DNA of 54,065 bases, from contig ADNK01002142.1 in NCBI GenBank assembly GCA_000320545.1, forward strand, positions 1 through 54,065, written 5' to 3'. Origin of the DNA: Bigelowiella natans CCMP2755. Its lineage: Eukaryota; Protista; Cercozoa. The stretch's first letter is position 1. Every line of letters starts with the position of its first letter. Below, one piece after another: positions 10,716 to 20,750 of the stretch. The translations under genes were made by a program, and so were the position numbers. Under the pieces are notes generated by a model. It was not told where the DNA came from. It saw only the letters and a list, made by a program, of their open reading frames with translations, and did no database searches.

Positions 10716-11720
10716 CGCCCCCATGGACGTGGTGACCACGATCAGAGTGCTGATGTGCACGTGCCATTTCTGCCATGGTGACAGAACTTTTGCACGGTGC
10801 TGCACATGGACGCCATTCCCAAAGGTTTCGGAGTCCGAATGGTTGGCAATGTTTTGCCGACCAAACATCGCACCACCAGACGCCCAAAAACTCTGTGCAG
10901 AGGCACAAAATTCCCAGGCTTGCAACTGGGCAAGGTGCCATGGGCATGGTGCACTCCGAAATCGGCAGGAAAAATTCTTGCCTGACTGGGCAAGGTGCCA
11001 CCATTTCGGTACGAACTGGGACTTGTCCAAAAAATTAATTTTTTTTGAACGACACCAGTGTGCTTCCAGAAAAGAATTTTTCTGCGACACTGGTGCACTT
11101 CCAGAAAAAATTCTGGAATCCCCTGGGCACTTCCAGAAAGATTCCAGAAAAATTCCGGAATGCCCTACGTTCGTCACCTGCACCCACATGCGGTGTTGAC
11201 CAAGGCTCGGTAGGTAGGTAGACAGGTGGGTAGTGCAAGTAGTCCTTTCCTCCTTCTTCTTCTTCTTCTGTTTTTCGTCATCAGCAGTACGAGCAGCACG
11301 ACCCTTCTGGTTTGATCGTTGCTGTTTGATGCCATCTCTGTCACTTACACTGTCACTACTGCTGCTGCTGTTTGCGTTGTGATGGCTACGGCGGTCTACT
11401 TTGAAGGGTTGTTTCTGATGCCCATGAAAGTTCCAGAAAGATTCCAGATTGTTGCTGCGTTTTTGTGAGACTAAGCTAATACTAGCTGTTTCGTTAGTGA
11501 TATGACGAGGAAGGGGGGGTGGAGGAGCCCCCTCAAAGCTTTGTTGAGGGACCGCTGCTCTTGCCTGGTCCCGAACGTTCGACCCCAAGTATGCTTCGCC
11601 CTGTAGGCGCGATTTTGTCTCATAAGGTGCGGCCAATTTCGATCTATCGGTGTCCTTGCCATGATAACCTTTTGTGCCAGAACCCTCATTGTGATAGATT
11701 CCCCTTCTGCCTGCTTCCAT
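10368..11720 (-). CDS. Possible extra ORF in the retrotransposon 3' region (hydrophilic, unknown). Its distal part is probably open only because TA is scarce
   Basis: 450-aa ORF; the first ~170 aa are low-complexity S/K/Q/P-rich. A possible in-frame 90-nt GT-AG intron (~11754-11843) links it to an upstream open segment. Confidence 0.35.
   Translation of the reverse strand: MEAGRRGIYHNEGSGTKGYHGKDTDRSKLAAPYETKSRLQGEAYLGSNVRDQARAAVPQQSFEGAPPPPLPRHITNETASISLVSQKRSNNLESFWNFHGHQKQPFKVDRRSHHNANSSSSSDSVSDRDGIKQQRSNQKGRAARTADDEKQKKKKKEERTTCTTHLSTYLPSLGQHRMWVQVTNVGHSGIFLESFWKCPGDSRIFSGSAPVSQKNSFLEAHWCRSKKINFLDKSQFVPKWWHLAQSGKNFSCRFRSAPCPWHLAQLQAWEFCASAQSFWASGGAMFGRQNIANHSDSETFGNGVHVQHRAKVLSPWQKWHVHISTLIVVTTSMGACQRSGRATHDQGAVAACARPLVLHAALRTCAWKFSELPESSRTFRKLREPSRNTRENSREFWKIRESSRMRRNPMRTCVQRKSQVIIRIQKHTRPRVDFPTSTAQSRAQKPNSYR
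10508..10606. promoter_or_regulatory. Heat-shock-element-like array in the LTR (also ~15729-15827 and ~1049-1206)
   Basis: GAAggTTCtcGAAgcTTCcgGAAtgTTCtcGAAgaTTCtgGAA (10564-10606) gives 9 alternating nGAAn pentamers; a 6-pentamer run starts at 10508. Confidence 0.75.
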
Positions 11721-12470
11721 GAAGGGGGGAGCGAGGATTCTCTTACCGGAAAGCTATAACGACGGTTATTGAATTATTTATATAATAATGAGTCATCACT
11801 GAGCACCATAAGGGGCGCTAACTTCCTCATAATGAATATTCACCGCTTCGACCGGCCTGGATCTGTGATAGCCATTTCTCTGCGTAACTATTTGGTTGTC
11901 TTTGTGAATAGGCCCTCCTTGGTAGTCATGCTGTGGACGATCCGTTAACCCTGTATGGAGACTCAAGTTCACGTGCCTTAGAAATCGCTATATTACCCAT
12001 GCTGCTTTGTTGCGGTCTCTGCATTTCTTTATTGTGGCCATTGTACATAGGAGCCACAGCAGATGCCTCGCCACTTCCAATATAATACCGATAATTGTGT
12101 GGATCTCCAGGCGATCGTTTTTCCTTTTGTTAACTTCGTAGGTATCTTGTAGTATACAGCTTTTGCATGTTCTCTCCTTATATTTGACTTCGTATTTGTT
12201 ATACACTAGGTATCTCGTCTTCATTATTATATCCGCCCCCATGATTGTGCAGTGTCTGGAAGACACTGTGCAATCATATAGAAATCTATAGCGTATTCTA
12301 CATTCGCCCCCATGATAGCGAGAGTGTCTGGAAGACACTGTGCATATAGTCCATAGCAAGATACGCAAGGAAAGGTACACACATACAAAGATGTGTGCCA
12401 TTAAAACCTTGCAGCCTATATGTTTATATGTTGTAGGTTTCTAAATGGACGTGGGGCTTTCATAGGGCGA

Positions 12471-15400
12471 CTAAGCGGACGTGGGGCCGACAAGGCGAGG
12501 GAGCTTGTAAGGTAGAGTCTTTGTAGTTATTTTTCTTTTTCTGGTGCCTTGTAGCATGATGGTTAGTTTTTCTCTGTATGATATAGGGAACAAGAAATCA
12601 CAGTGTTTCTTGTTGCTAGGTCCTGGTAGAGCCTTAGTAAGTATATCAGCGGGATTGTCCTCCCCAGGTATTTTGTTTATGCAGATCTGCTTAGTTTGAT
12701 AGTTATCACGAACATTGTGATATTCTATCCTTATGTTCTTGCCTTTTTGTGTGAATCCAGGCTTGGCTGCAATGGAGATAGCTGCTTGAGAGTCACAATA
12801 CACAGGTACAGGTTTCGGTATCTTCATCTTTAACTCCTGTAGTAACTGAGTGACATACACTAACTCTCTGCATATATCTGATAGTGCTATGTACTCAGCC
12901 TCGCCACTGGACATAGCAACGACCTTTTGCTTGTTGCTCTTCCAGACAACAGGTGCGTTGCTTAGCGATATGAAATATCCTGAGTATGATTTACCCGTTT
13001 TCTTGCAGGTTTTCCAGGAGGCATCGACGTAAGCTTTAAGCTCAGGTTTGGACGCTGCTTTAAAGGTAATTCTTTTATCCTTTGTATTGACCAGATACTG
13101 CAGTAAGCGTACTGCAGCGATGTAGTGTATAGTTCTAGGATCTTGACTGTAGGAAGCTAGACGAGATAGAGTGTAGCATATGTCTGGTCTAGTAGCCACA
13201 GCTGCATACATTGCAGCTCCTATGATGGATCTGTATGCCTTTTGATCCACCTTATCATGCTCCTCGTATTCGTCTAACTTCGATCCTGTTATCATTGGTG
13301 TTTTTGCTCTTTTCGTAGGCGTGATATCATACTTCTGGGCGAGTCTGGTGAGGTAGTCTTCCTGCGATATCCAATAGTTTCCCTCATTGTCGCTACCAAC
13401 TCTTATGCCCAGTGTTTTCTTTAGCTCGCCTTCATCGCGAAACTCAAACTTGTCGCCTATTCGCTTCATGACAAAGTCCAGGTCTCTCTTATCTTGATAT
13501 GCTATGCATATGTCATCCACGAAACATGACAATATGATGATTCTTCCTTGTCTGTGCATTATCATTAGGCAAGGATCGGAATAAAGCTGGACGAAGCCAA
13601 TGGCGTTGAGATGCTCGAGCAAGGTAAGGCTGAATATTGCACTTGCTTGTGTCAGCCCATAAATGCTTTTGTTTACCAGTAGGGCTAGTGGAAGGCCACT
13701 GTTGTATAGCCGGATTTCCTCAGGTGTCTTCGGCTTCCACCCTTTAGGTATTTCCATGTGTACTTTACAGTCCATCTTTCCAGTTAGGAAAGCTGTAAGT
13801 ATATCTATCCCGTGTAGTTTTAGCTTGAGGATAGATGCTATGGCTAACATTATCCGAAAACTATTTAGGGACAACGTCGGGGAATAAGAGAAGAAGAAGT
13901 CTTCTCCCGGGATCTGCGTGAACCCTCGCGCGACCAGCCTTGACTTATACCGAATGGTATAGTCTACATTTATTTTCTTCTTGAATACCCATTTAGATGT
14001 AACTAAATTTGTATCCTTAGGTCGCACTACCAGCGTAAACGTTCCAAGTTTTCGAAGCTGGTGCAGTTCCTCTTCCGTAGAAGGTATCCAATGCTTCTTA
14101 TCATCTCCTGTGATTGCATCGTCATACGTCTTAGGAAGGTCCTCGATCTCTTGTACTGATGGAGCTTTTATGTTCATCAGGCGGTCGTAATAGCTACCAA
14201 GTATTCCGTAACGAATACCAGGTACTCCCCTATTTTCTCTATTCGACCTTCGAGGTTTACTTTTTGCTTTTGTTTCAGGCCCACCATCCTCTGGCAACTC
14301 GTCAGTTGCACTGGATGGTTCGGGGGCGTCCGCGTCGGCAGGACCTTCTGGATAAAGGTACGCCAAAGCCGAATCACTAACTTTGTTTCTCTTCAGCGAA
14401 GGAAACTTAAACACTGTGTGGTACCATTTAGTTACACGGACTCTTCTAATTTTCAGCGTCTTCGTGGCGACGAGAAAAGTACCAAATCTATCGTCATATC
14501 CCAACATACGTACGTATTCACCTCTAGCACCCATACCACCTGCAGGTCGGAGTTCCTTGTCGATGTGGTTTACTCCGATGCATCCCCAGGTAGTTAGATT
14601 CTTTAGATTTGGTTGCTCATGGTGCAGTAGTTCTTTAGGCGTTTTTCTACCAGGTGTGCTGCGATGTGAGGTGACGTTGTGGAGATATGCTGCAGTCTGA
14701 GCTGCGTAGGACCAGTATCCGACCGGTAAGCGTGCATGTTCTAACATAGCTCTTGTTTTCGCCATGATAGTCTGTATGTGACGCTCGGACATTCCATTTT
14801 GCTCAGGTGTTCGGGCGGTGCTAGGAACCCATTTTATTCCTTCGGAGGTGAGCCAGCTATGTAGCTTTGCGCTCATATATTCACCTCCACCATCCGATCT
14901 GAATTCGTCTATGCTTCCACAACCTGGAAGCTTTCTGATGTGCTTTAGGAACTGTATGGTTTTCTGCGTAACTTCGCTTTTCTTTCTCATGAGCTCCAAG
15001 GTAACCCACCTTGTTCCTTCATGTACGAATATTACGAAATACTTGTAACCATCCATGCTGTTAGGCATGGTCTTTACATCAGAGTGAATTCTATTCCACA
15101 TCCGGTTTTTCTTGTGGATAACAGGTACACATTTTTGCTTCTTTTTGACAGCATCGTCCTCAATCTTTGCTTTATTCCGATGCTGTTTCATCCTTTCTTG
15201 GGCGCTTGGATCAAAGATCGGAGATCTTTTTGTTTTGGCTACATCACAGGCCTTGCAAAAGATCTTCTTTGGTATTTTTATCGTCTTGGAATAAGGTAAA
15301 CCTTCTGTAACTGCATAGGTGTCTCTTATCTTATCCGCTGCGATGTGCCCTAGGATGTTATGTGCGTGCTTGATTGAAGATGGCTGTTTCATTGGGTAGG

Positions 15401-15650
15401 ATTTAAATCTTTGTGTTTTTGTACTTTTGTTTATTTGTTTATATCTCAAATAAAATAGGCCGTCGTCTTGAAAGTCCCCGAACGCGTATTCCTCTCCGTT
15501 GGCGGTAATGCTTATTCCTTGTTTTGTTCCTTTGTACTCGCTGCCACTCTTAACTAGTCTGTGTTGAGGCTCATAACCTTTTAGCGGACTAGCGGTAGCT
15601 GTTTGGCTTTTGTGCGCGGGACTGTGCTGTTGATGTTGGAAAGTCAACAC
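12471..15650 (-). CDS. pol: Copia pol: GAG-pre-integrase, integrase, reverse transcriptase, RNase H (first in-frame ATG at 15392)
   Basis: HHCC (HNILGH..CKAC), IHSDV/FRSDGGGEY/QNGMSER integrase DDE, KWVFKKK..YKSRLVARGFTQIPG, KSIYGL, FVDDI, ATRPDI, YVDASW, EAEY, NPADILTK; uninterrupted. Confidence 0.97.
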   Translation of the reverse strand: MLTFQHQQHSPAHKSQTATASPLKGYEPQHRLVKSGSEYKGTKQGISITANGEEYAFGDFQDDGLFYLRYKQINKSTKTQRFKSYPMKQPSSIKHAHNILGHIAADKIRDTYAVTEGLPYSKTIKIPKKIFCKACDVAKTKRSPIFDPSAQERMKQHRNKAKIEDDAVKKKQKCVPVIHKKNRMWNRIHSDVKTMPNSMDGYKYFVIFVHEGTRWVTLELMRKKSEVTQKTIQFLKHIRKLPGCGSIDEFRSDGGGEYMSAKLHSWLTSEGIKWVPSTARTPEQNGMSERHIQTIMAKTRAMLEHARLPVGYWSYAAQTAAYLHNVTSHRSTPGRKTPKELLHHEQPNLKNLTTWGCIGVNHIDKELRPAGGMGARGEYVRMLGYDDRFGTFLVATKTLKIRRVRVTKWYHTVFKFPSLKRNKVSDSALAYLYPEGPADADAPEPSSATDELPEDGGPETKAKSKPRRSNRENRGVPGIRYGILGSYYDRLMNIKAPSVQEIEDLPKTYDDAITGDDKKHWIPSTEEELHQLRKLGTFTLVVRPKDTNLVTSKWVFKKKINVDYTIRYKSRLVARGFTQIPGEDFFFSYSPTLSLNSFRIMLAIASILKLKLHGIDILTAFLTGKMDCKVHMEIPKGWKPKTPEEIRLYNSGLPLALLVNKSIYGLTQASAIFSLTLLEHLNAIGFVQLYSDPCLMIMHRQGRIIILSCFVDDICIAYQDKRDLDFVMKRIGDKFEFRDEGELKKTLGIRVGSDNEGNYWISQEDYLTRLAQKYDITPTKRAKTPMITGSKLDEYEEHDKVDQKAYRSIIGAAMYAAVATRPDICYTLSRLASYSQDPRTIHYIAAVRLLQYLVNTKDKRITFKAASKPELKAYVDASWKTCKKTGKSYSGYFISLSNAPVVWKSNKQKVVAMSSGEAEYIALSDICRELVYVTQLLQELKMKIPKPVPVYCDSQAAISIAAKPGFTQKGKNIRIEYHNVRDNYQTKQICINKIPGEDNPADILTKALPGPSNKKHCDFLFPISYREKLTIMLQGTRKRKITTKTLPYKLPRLVGPTSA
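15568..15578 (-). other. Primer binding site, initiator tRNA-Met half-molecule type
   Basis: GGTTATGAGCC immediately inside the 5' LTR, resembling the Drosophila copia-type PBS GGTTATGGGCC. Confidence 0.85.
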
Positions 15651-15936
15651 GCGGTCTCGTGTGCTTTTGGATTCTGATGATGACTTGTGACTTGCGCTGC
15701 ACGCATGTGCGCATTGGGTTCCGGCGCATTCGCGAAGATTCTCGAATCTTCCAGAATTCTCTCGAATTCTCTCGAGTGTTTCTGGAAGGTTCTCGAAGCT
15801 TCCGGAATGTTCTCGAAGATTCTGGAAGTTCTGAGAACTTCCATGCGCATGTGCGCAGCGCAGCGTGCAGCACGAGTGGACGTGCGCATGCTGCGACAGC
15901 TCCTTGATCGTGGGTGGCGCGGCCAGACCGCTGACA
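15579..15936 (-). repeat. 5' LTR
   Basis: Direct repeat of 10358-10715, followed on the minus strand by the PBS. Confidence 0.96.
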
Positions 15937-16516
15937 CCTAGTGTCGCTATGCATTGCTAAAATGCAGATGTACGCACGATCGACCGCGCCGCGCGCAACT
16001 GTACTGTGCACGCTTGCATTACCACTGCAATTAGCAAATGCTGTTTCTGTTTCACATCGTATGTAAGTCAGGTTATAAGATTTCCCTTAAGTCCTACAGC
16101 ATATACATGCGATGCGATGCGATGCGTGCTTGTACACAGCGCAATTTATTCGTGTCATTTCCTGGCAAGGGTAATTACAGCGCACTAGAGCACTAGAGCG
16201 GTTTAATGCGCTGAGGCATGCAAACCCCTGTATACCTGCTGTGATTGATAGGCACTGCCAATATCTGGAACAGATCGATCAGTGACAGCTAGATGTGAGC
16301 AGTGCGCGATGTGCGCAAGCACTAACAACGTAACTAGAACTGCATTGTATACGATGAGGCACGTGCTAACTCACTGTACATGCTACATGTCATCGCATGC
16401 ACAAACATGACGCTTATTGACGCTTGTGCATCTCAAATAGCACACATGCATGTAAATGAATCGGATGAACAAAACTCCTAACAACAATCGGAATCTCTTG
16501 ACACATTGAAGATTTC

Positions 16517-17171
16517 TTACAGCTCATAAAGATAAATTTTTGAATGCCCTTTGGTGTGCATGTGATGGACAGTTTGTACTACCTTCGTTGCATCCTTTTC
16601 ACTTCCACCAGGAAAAACATAAAATAAGATTTTAGCTCCTCTTCGACATTCTTGTTTCAGAGCAGGTAATAGCCTCTTAGAATATTAAAAATACATCAAA
16701 TCTTTTCTGTGAAATTGAGGGAATATAGTAAATTTTAAGTAACCTCGTGCGCATCCGGGGACATAAAACATGTTACGATGTCAGCCTCATGGATGTGCGC
16801 TTTCCTGACTGAAGTTTACAATATAACTCGGATATCATGCCGATTTAAACTATTGCTCACCGTTGAACGCATTCTCTTTTATAATTGCAGCCCTTGGCTC
16901 GCAGAATCCTTGACAGAGGGGGAGCAGATTTCAAAAGTAACATTAGAATTCTCTTTTCGTCTTTTTTCCACAATCTACCTTTGTCTTTCAGCTTTCTTCT
17001 AGCGATCTTCACCCGTAAGGCATCAATTTCCAAACCTTGATGAGCATTTTCTTATATATTATTCAAACCAACAGACATTGTCGTCTCAGGATAATATTAT
17101 ACAACCTACAACTCGCTTGATATTGAAATCTCTAAGTGCCGAAATGAGCACCTGAAACAGAGAAAGAGAGT

Positions 17172-17229
<58 letters not shown>

Positions 17230-17393
17230 ATGTTATCATAGTTGATGTACTAATTATCTTACATCTCCTTCTCCACATCCAAGGTCAAAGAGTACATGAT
17301 GAGGCATAACCTGATGACAACCATCCATTTAGATGCTCAATGTACGGAATGTACTGCATCGATCACTACTACCATTGCGTAGTACCAATTTAG

Positions 17394-17436
<43 letters not shown>

Positions 17437-18010
17437 TTGGTCTTCTTACCCGAGCTAGAGAAAGCATGTCAAATATAGCTTTTGGTTTCATCCACACAGG
17501 AGGCCCCCATATCATCCCGGATCGAACCCTAGATATTTTTAAAAGAACTCGTTTTCCTACAAAAATGACGACCTTCCCATACTATCGTTAACATTAGACG
17601 AAATCCTATCACAGTGGCAAATGAGTCCTCCGTGCTTGCCGACCGCGAATAAGAGCCTTTGTGGGAAAACAAATATGAATTTCTTCAATATGTTTTAAGA
17701 CTATTTCTTCTAAGTAAGTAGAAATGTTTCGGAAACACTGACCTGCATTTTTCTTGCTGCTAACTCTATTCTGTCATCACTGCAGGTGTCGTCACCAGTA
17801 ACTAACCAGAAGTTCACGTACGTGCGGTCAGGATGGAGTAAATTTCTGTTCTATTTTATTTACAATTTTGATATTAATAAGAAAGTTGAATATCCATGCG
17901 TTGGTCCTTCCTATATTAAAAATCCAATGTAATCACTTACCCCTTTTTTCATTTGTTTCGTATACCCCTCCAGGCACGAGTTTCCAATGGCAAGGTCGGC
18001 CCCATGGACT
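16517..18010 (-). CDS. Class I SAM-dependent methyltransferase (FAM173/DOT1-like) with an N-terminal IQ motif, multi-exon; 5' end uncertain
   Basis: Spliced ELAARKMQ|ALIRGRQARR (IQ), WGPPVWMKPKAIFDMLSLAR|VMPHHVLFDLGCGEGD|VLISALRDFNIKRVVG|LEIDALRVKIARRKL, ADIVTCFMSP, RLLPALKQECRRGAKIL, KIYLYEL*. Not in the ORF track. Confidence 0.88.
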
Positions 18011-18484
18011 GCGACAATAAAATGAGAGGACCCCTAATACTTGACAATTTTTCACTGCAACGATAGAATGGCACGAACCAAACGAACATTCTAATGAATG
18101 ATGCGGAAGTAATTATGTCCAACAGCAGATTCACTTCAGATGGCGAGACGAGGAGGAGGTGATGCTCGGAAGATCAACGTCGTCATCGTCCCATGTAGAT
18201 CTAACGTGGGATAAAATTCTACTGAAACATAGTGCATTCATTGAAAACGACAAGGCTATAGTCATTAGAAAGTAAGGAGGAGAAAATATACTGAAACATA
18301 GTATATTCATTGACAACGACAAGCCTATAGTTAAGTCAATTTGTACGAGCTGTTGCAGTGTAGCAGTGGCATCGATGCGATGCGATACATGTAGTAGTGT
18401 GTAGCAACCAAGCGAGTTCATCAGAAAATACAACTTCCATGGAACATAACTTGAAGATTAACCAATAACAATAAGAAGAGAATC

Positions 18485-19218
18485 ATGGCAGTTGGTTTCT
18501 TTTTAGCTGTAATAACGATGGGTACGATAGTTCTTCTCAAGTCTCCCTCAGTTCGAAAAGCTAGCGCTTTAGAAGGTGTCTACTGGCCTCGTAAAGCTGC
18601 TTAGTTATCATCATCTAATCTCGTATGGCTCAACAAAATTCAGTCTGTTGAAAATGAATATACACGTACTCTCGAGCTGTGTTGTAGTTTCTACTCGTTG
18701 ATTCATACTGTTGTTCGTAGTTGTTTCTCTGGGAATTTCAATGGAAGGCCTCAACAAACCCTGGTGCATTGAACATTTATGCAAAAGACCTATCTGAATC
18801 TAATAATCTCAGGCTCCGAGAATTACTTCGCCTACGTGGAGGTGGGGCGGTATGTCCTTCTTTTCAAATACCTGAATACATCTCAACTTTTATTGCTGTG
18901 TTGAAGGCTGAGCTTAGAAGAAAAAAGAGAACCCAAAAGAGGCAGATTTGGTACAGGTGTTGAAGCATCATATCGCTTGTGTTCAAATAAGACATTAGAA
19001 TCTATCTTAGATCTAATCACAAGACAATCGTGAGAAAGAATATCCCAGCTCACAAAATGTTACACAATAAGAAAAGACAGGTACGCCTAGAATTATGGCT
19101 TTGTCATACGTTGTCAAACACTTCTCTTACTCAGGGCATCGTCGGGATTAAAAGAATCATCAAAGATGTCCAGAAAAAAGAAAAAGCCAAAGTTGTGAGA
19201 AAACGCAAGAAAAGGTGA
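18485..19218 (+). CDS. Small basic protein with a signal-peptide-like N-terminus and an LRLRGG motif (multi-exon)
   Basis: MAVGFFLAVITMGTIVLL..., RELLRLRGGGA|AELRRKKRTQKRQIW|DIRIYLRSNHKTIVRKNIPAHKMLHNKKRQ|GIVGIKRIIKDVQKKEKAKVVRKRKKR*, with short GT-AG introns. Confidence 0.7.
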
Positions 19219-19299
19219 AGTTATAAGTTCTATCTCTTACATTGAACCCTGACACATGCCAATCAGGTGGAGGAAGATCGAGGTTCAAGAAAAATTTAA

Positions 19300-19875
19300 A
19301 ATGTTTGGATGATGATGGCACATTGTAATTTTAGAATCAAAGTGTATGAAAGCATCGATCTTGTTCGGGTTAATCGCAGTTGCTCAATTCCCACAAGTTC
19401 AGTGTCATCTTTGCGGTCCATGATGGCTATCAATTGGTTGCGTATAGTTTGTGTGTTTATATGTTGCTCGTGCGCGTGTGCGTCGCATTGCAACAGATGC
19501 TCCATTTCCATGTTGCCACACGCGCTATTGCAAGTTGCATCCTCTTCTTCACATTCTCCACGAGACAACGTGCATTCGTCAGGTGCCGAGGTTGCCCACG
19601 CCACAGATGATAATTGAACAAATTGGCTTTGTTCATTGCATCCGTCTCGCAGATGGCCCGCATCCAAGTGGTACAACATGTAGCGATGCTTGGTGATTTC
19701 ATTTTGATGCCCGTGATGAGTGAGGTTATTTATTGGAGGACCATGCTAGCATGGCGGAGAAAACCAAGTAGCTGTTCGCCATTCAAATGCACAGCTCACA
19801 TGCTGGTTGAATTGCCAAGACGATGCAACATTGATCAATTGAATTTGTTCAATGGCCATCCTCATGTCTAGGTGT
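19300..19875 (-). pseudogene. Possible decayed non-LTR retrotransposon 3' fragment
   Basis: C..C...EMEHLLQC resembles the C-terminal CCHC knuckle of LINE ORF2; TA-poor and disrupted. Confidence 0.35.
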
Positions 19876-20750
19876 AGCTATGTATACAATCTAGCAATAC
19901 AGCTAGGCAGCGGCAACGCAACGTACCCACTACACACCATCGCACAGCGCTGATGTCAAATCTGTCATTGGCGTCTCCGCTGTGACGTGTTTCGTGCAAG
20001 CCAAATGCAGGTTGCTTCGGTCTGCAATGTCGCGCATGCACCTAGTTTTGCGCAGCACTAGCTCTAGAGCAGTTCGTTCGTGTTGTTTCCTGCTAGCCTG
20101 TTCGCAGATATGTTTCGGATGCTGCACATCTCACGATGCACAGGAGCATGCATGCGCTTTGTTCAATGTTCACTTTGGTTATATGGTGCACGTGTGGAAA
20201 ACGCACATGTCAAATTGTTGGGCACGTCTGCAAAAATTGCTTCCACATCGCAAAAAATTTTCAGATTTTTTTTCGGCGTCTGCATTATTCTGCAGATCAT
20301 ACATCGTAGTTATTTCCAACAATACGTATATACGTACATATACTAGCCTAGCTAGCTAGTAGCATGTCATATGCACACATCGAGACATCTAGACATCTAG
20401 ACATGTCTAATATGCAACGTGCAATGACACAGCGCATAGACAGTCCACAGATGGTATTCTAGCATTGCAAACATGCTGCTAGCATGATCATTCGATTGCA
20501 TGTCACCTGCTAGATGTGCCAGTCTACAGTGTGGGACACACGATGTGACGGTCATGTGACGCTACAATGTATGGCTACAACGGATACCCAATTTGTGCAG
20601 TTGTTACGTTGTTACAAATACATGTGCATCATTCAATCAACGGAGTTGTTTCATTTGCCATGTACCTGATACACTTGGCAGTTTGATCTCGAGAGGGCGT
20701 AGCGTTTAAATGAAACACTTTCTAACGATTACTATATGAACGTATCAGTA

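Larger units (their letters stand above)
10358..15936 (-). mobile_element. Ty1/copia LTR retrotransposon, recent insertion, lacking gag and protease
   Basis: Two 358-bp LTRs with no differences found by eye; TSD CCTAG (10353-10357, 15937-15941); PBS GGTTATGAGCC; PPT-like ATGGGGGCG; IN-RT-RH domain order. Confidence 0.97.

Noticed and set aside
16517-18010. Methyltransferase as a DNA MTase
   Set aside because: No DPPY/NPPY or PC catalytic motif seen; resembles protein lysine MTases
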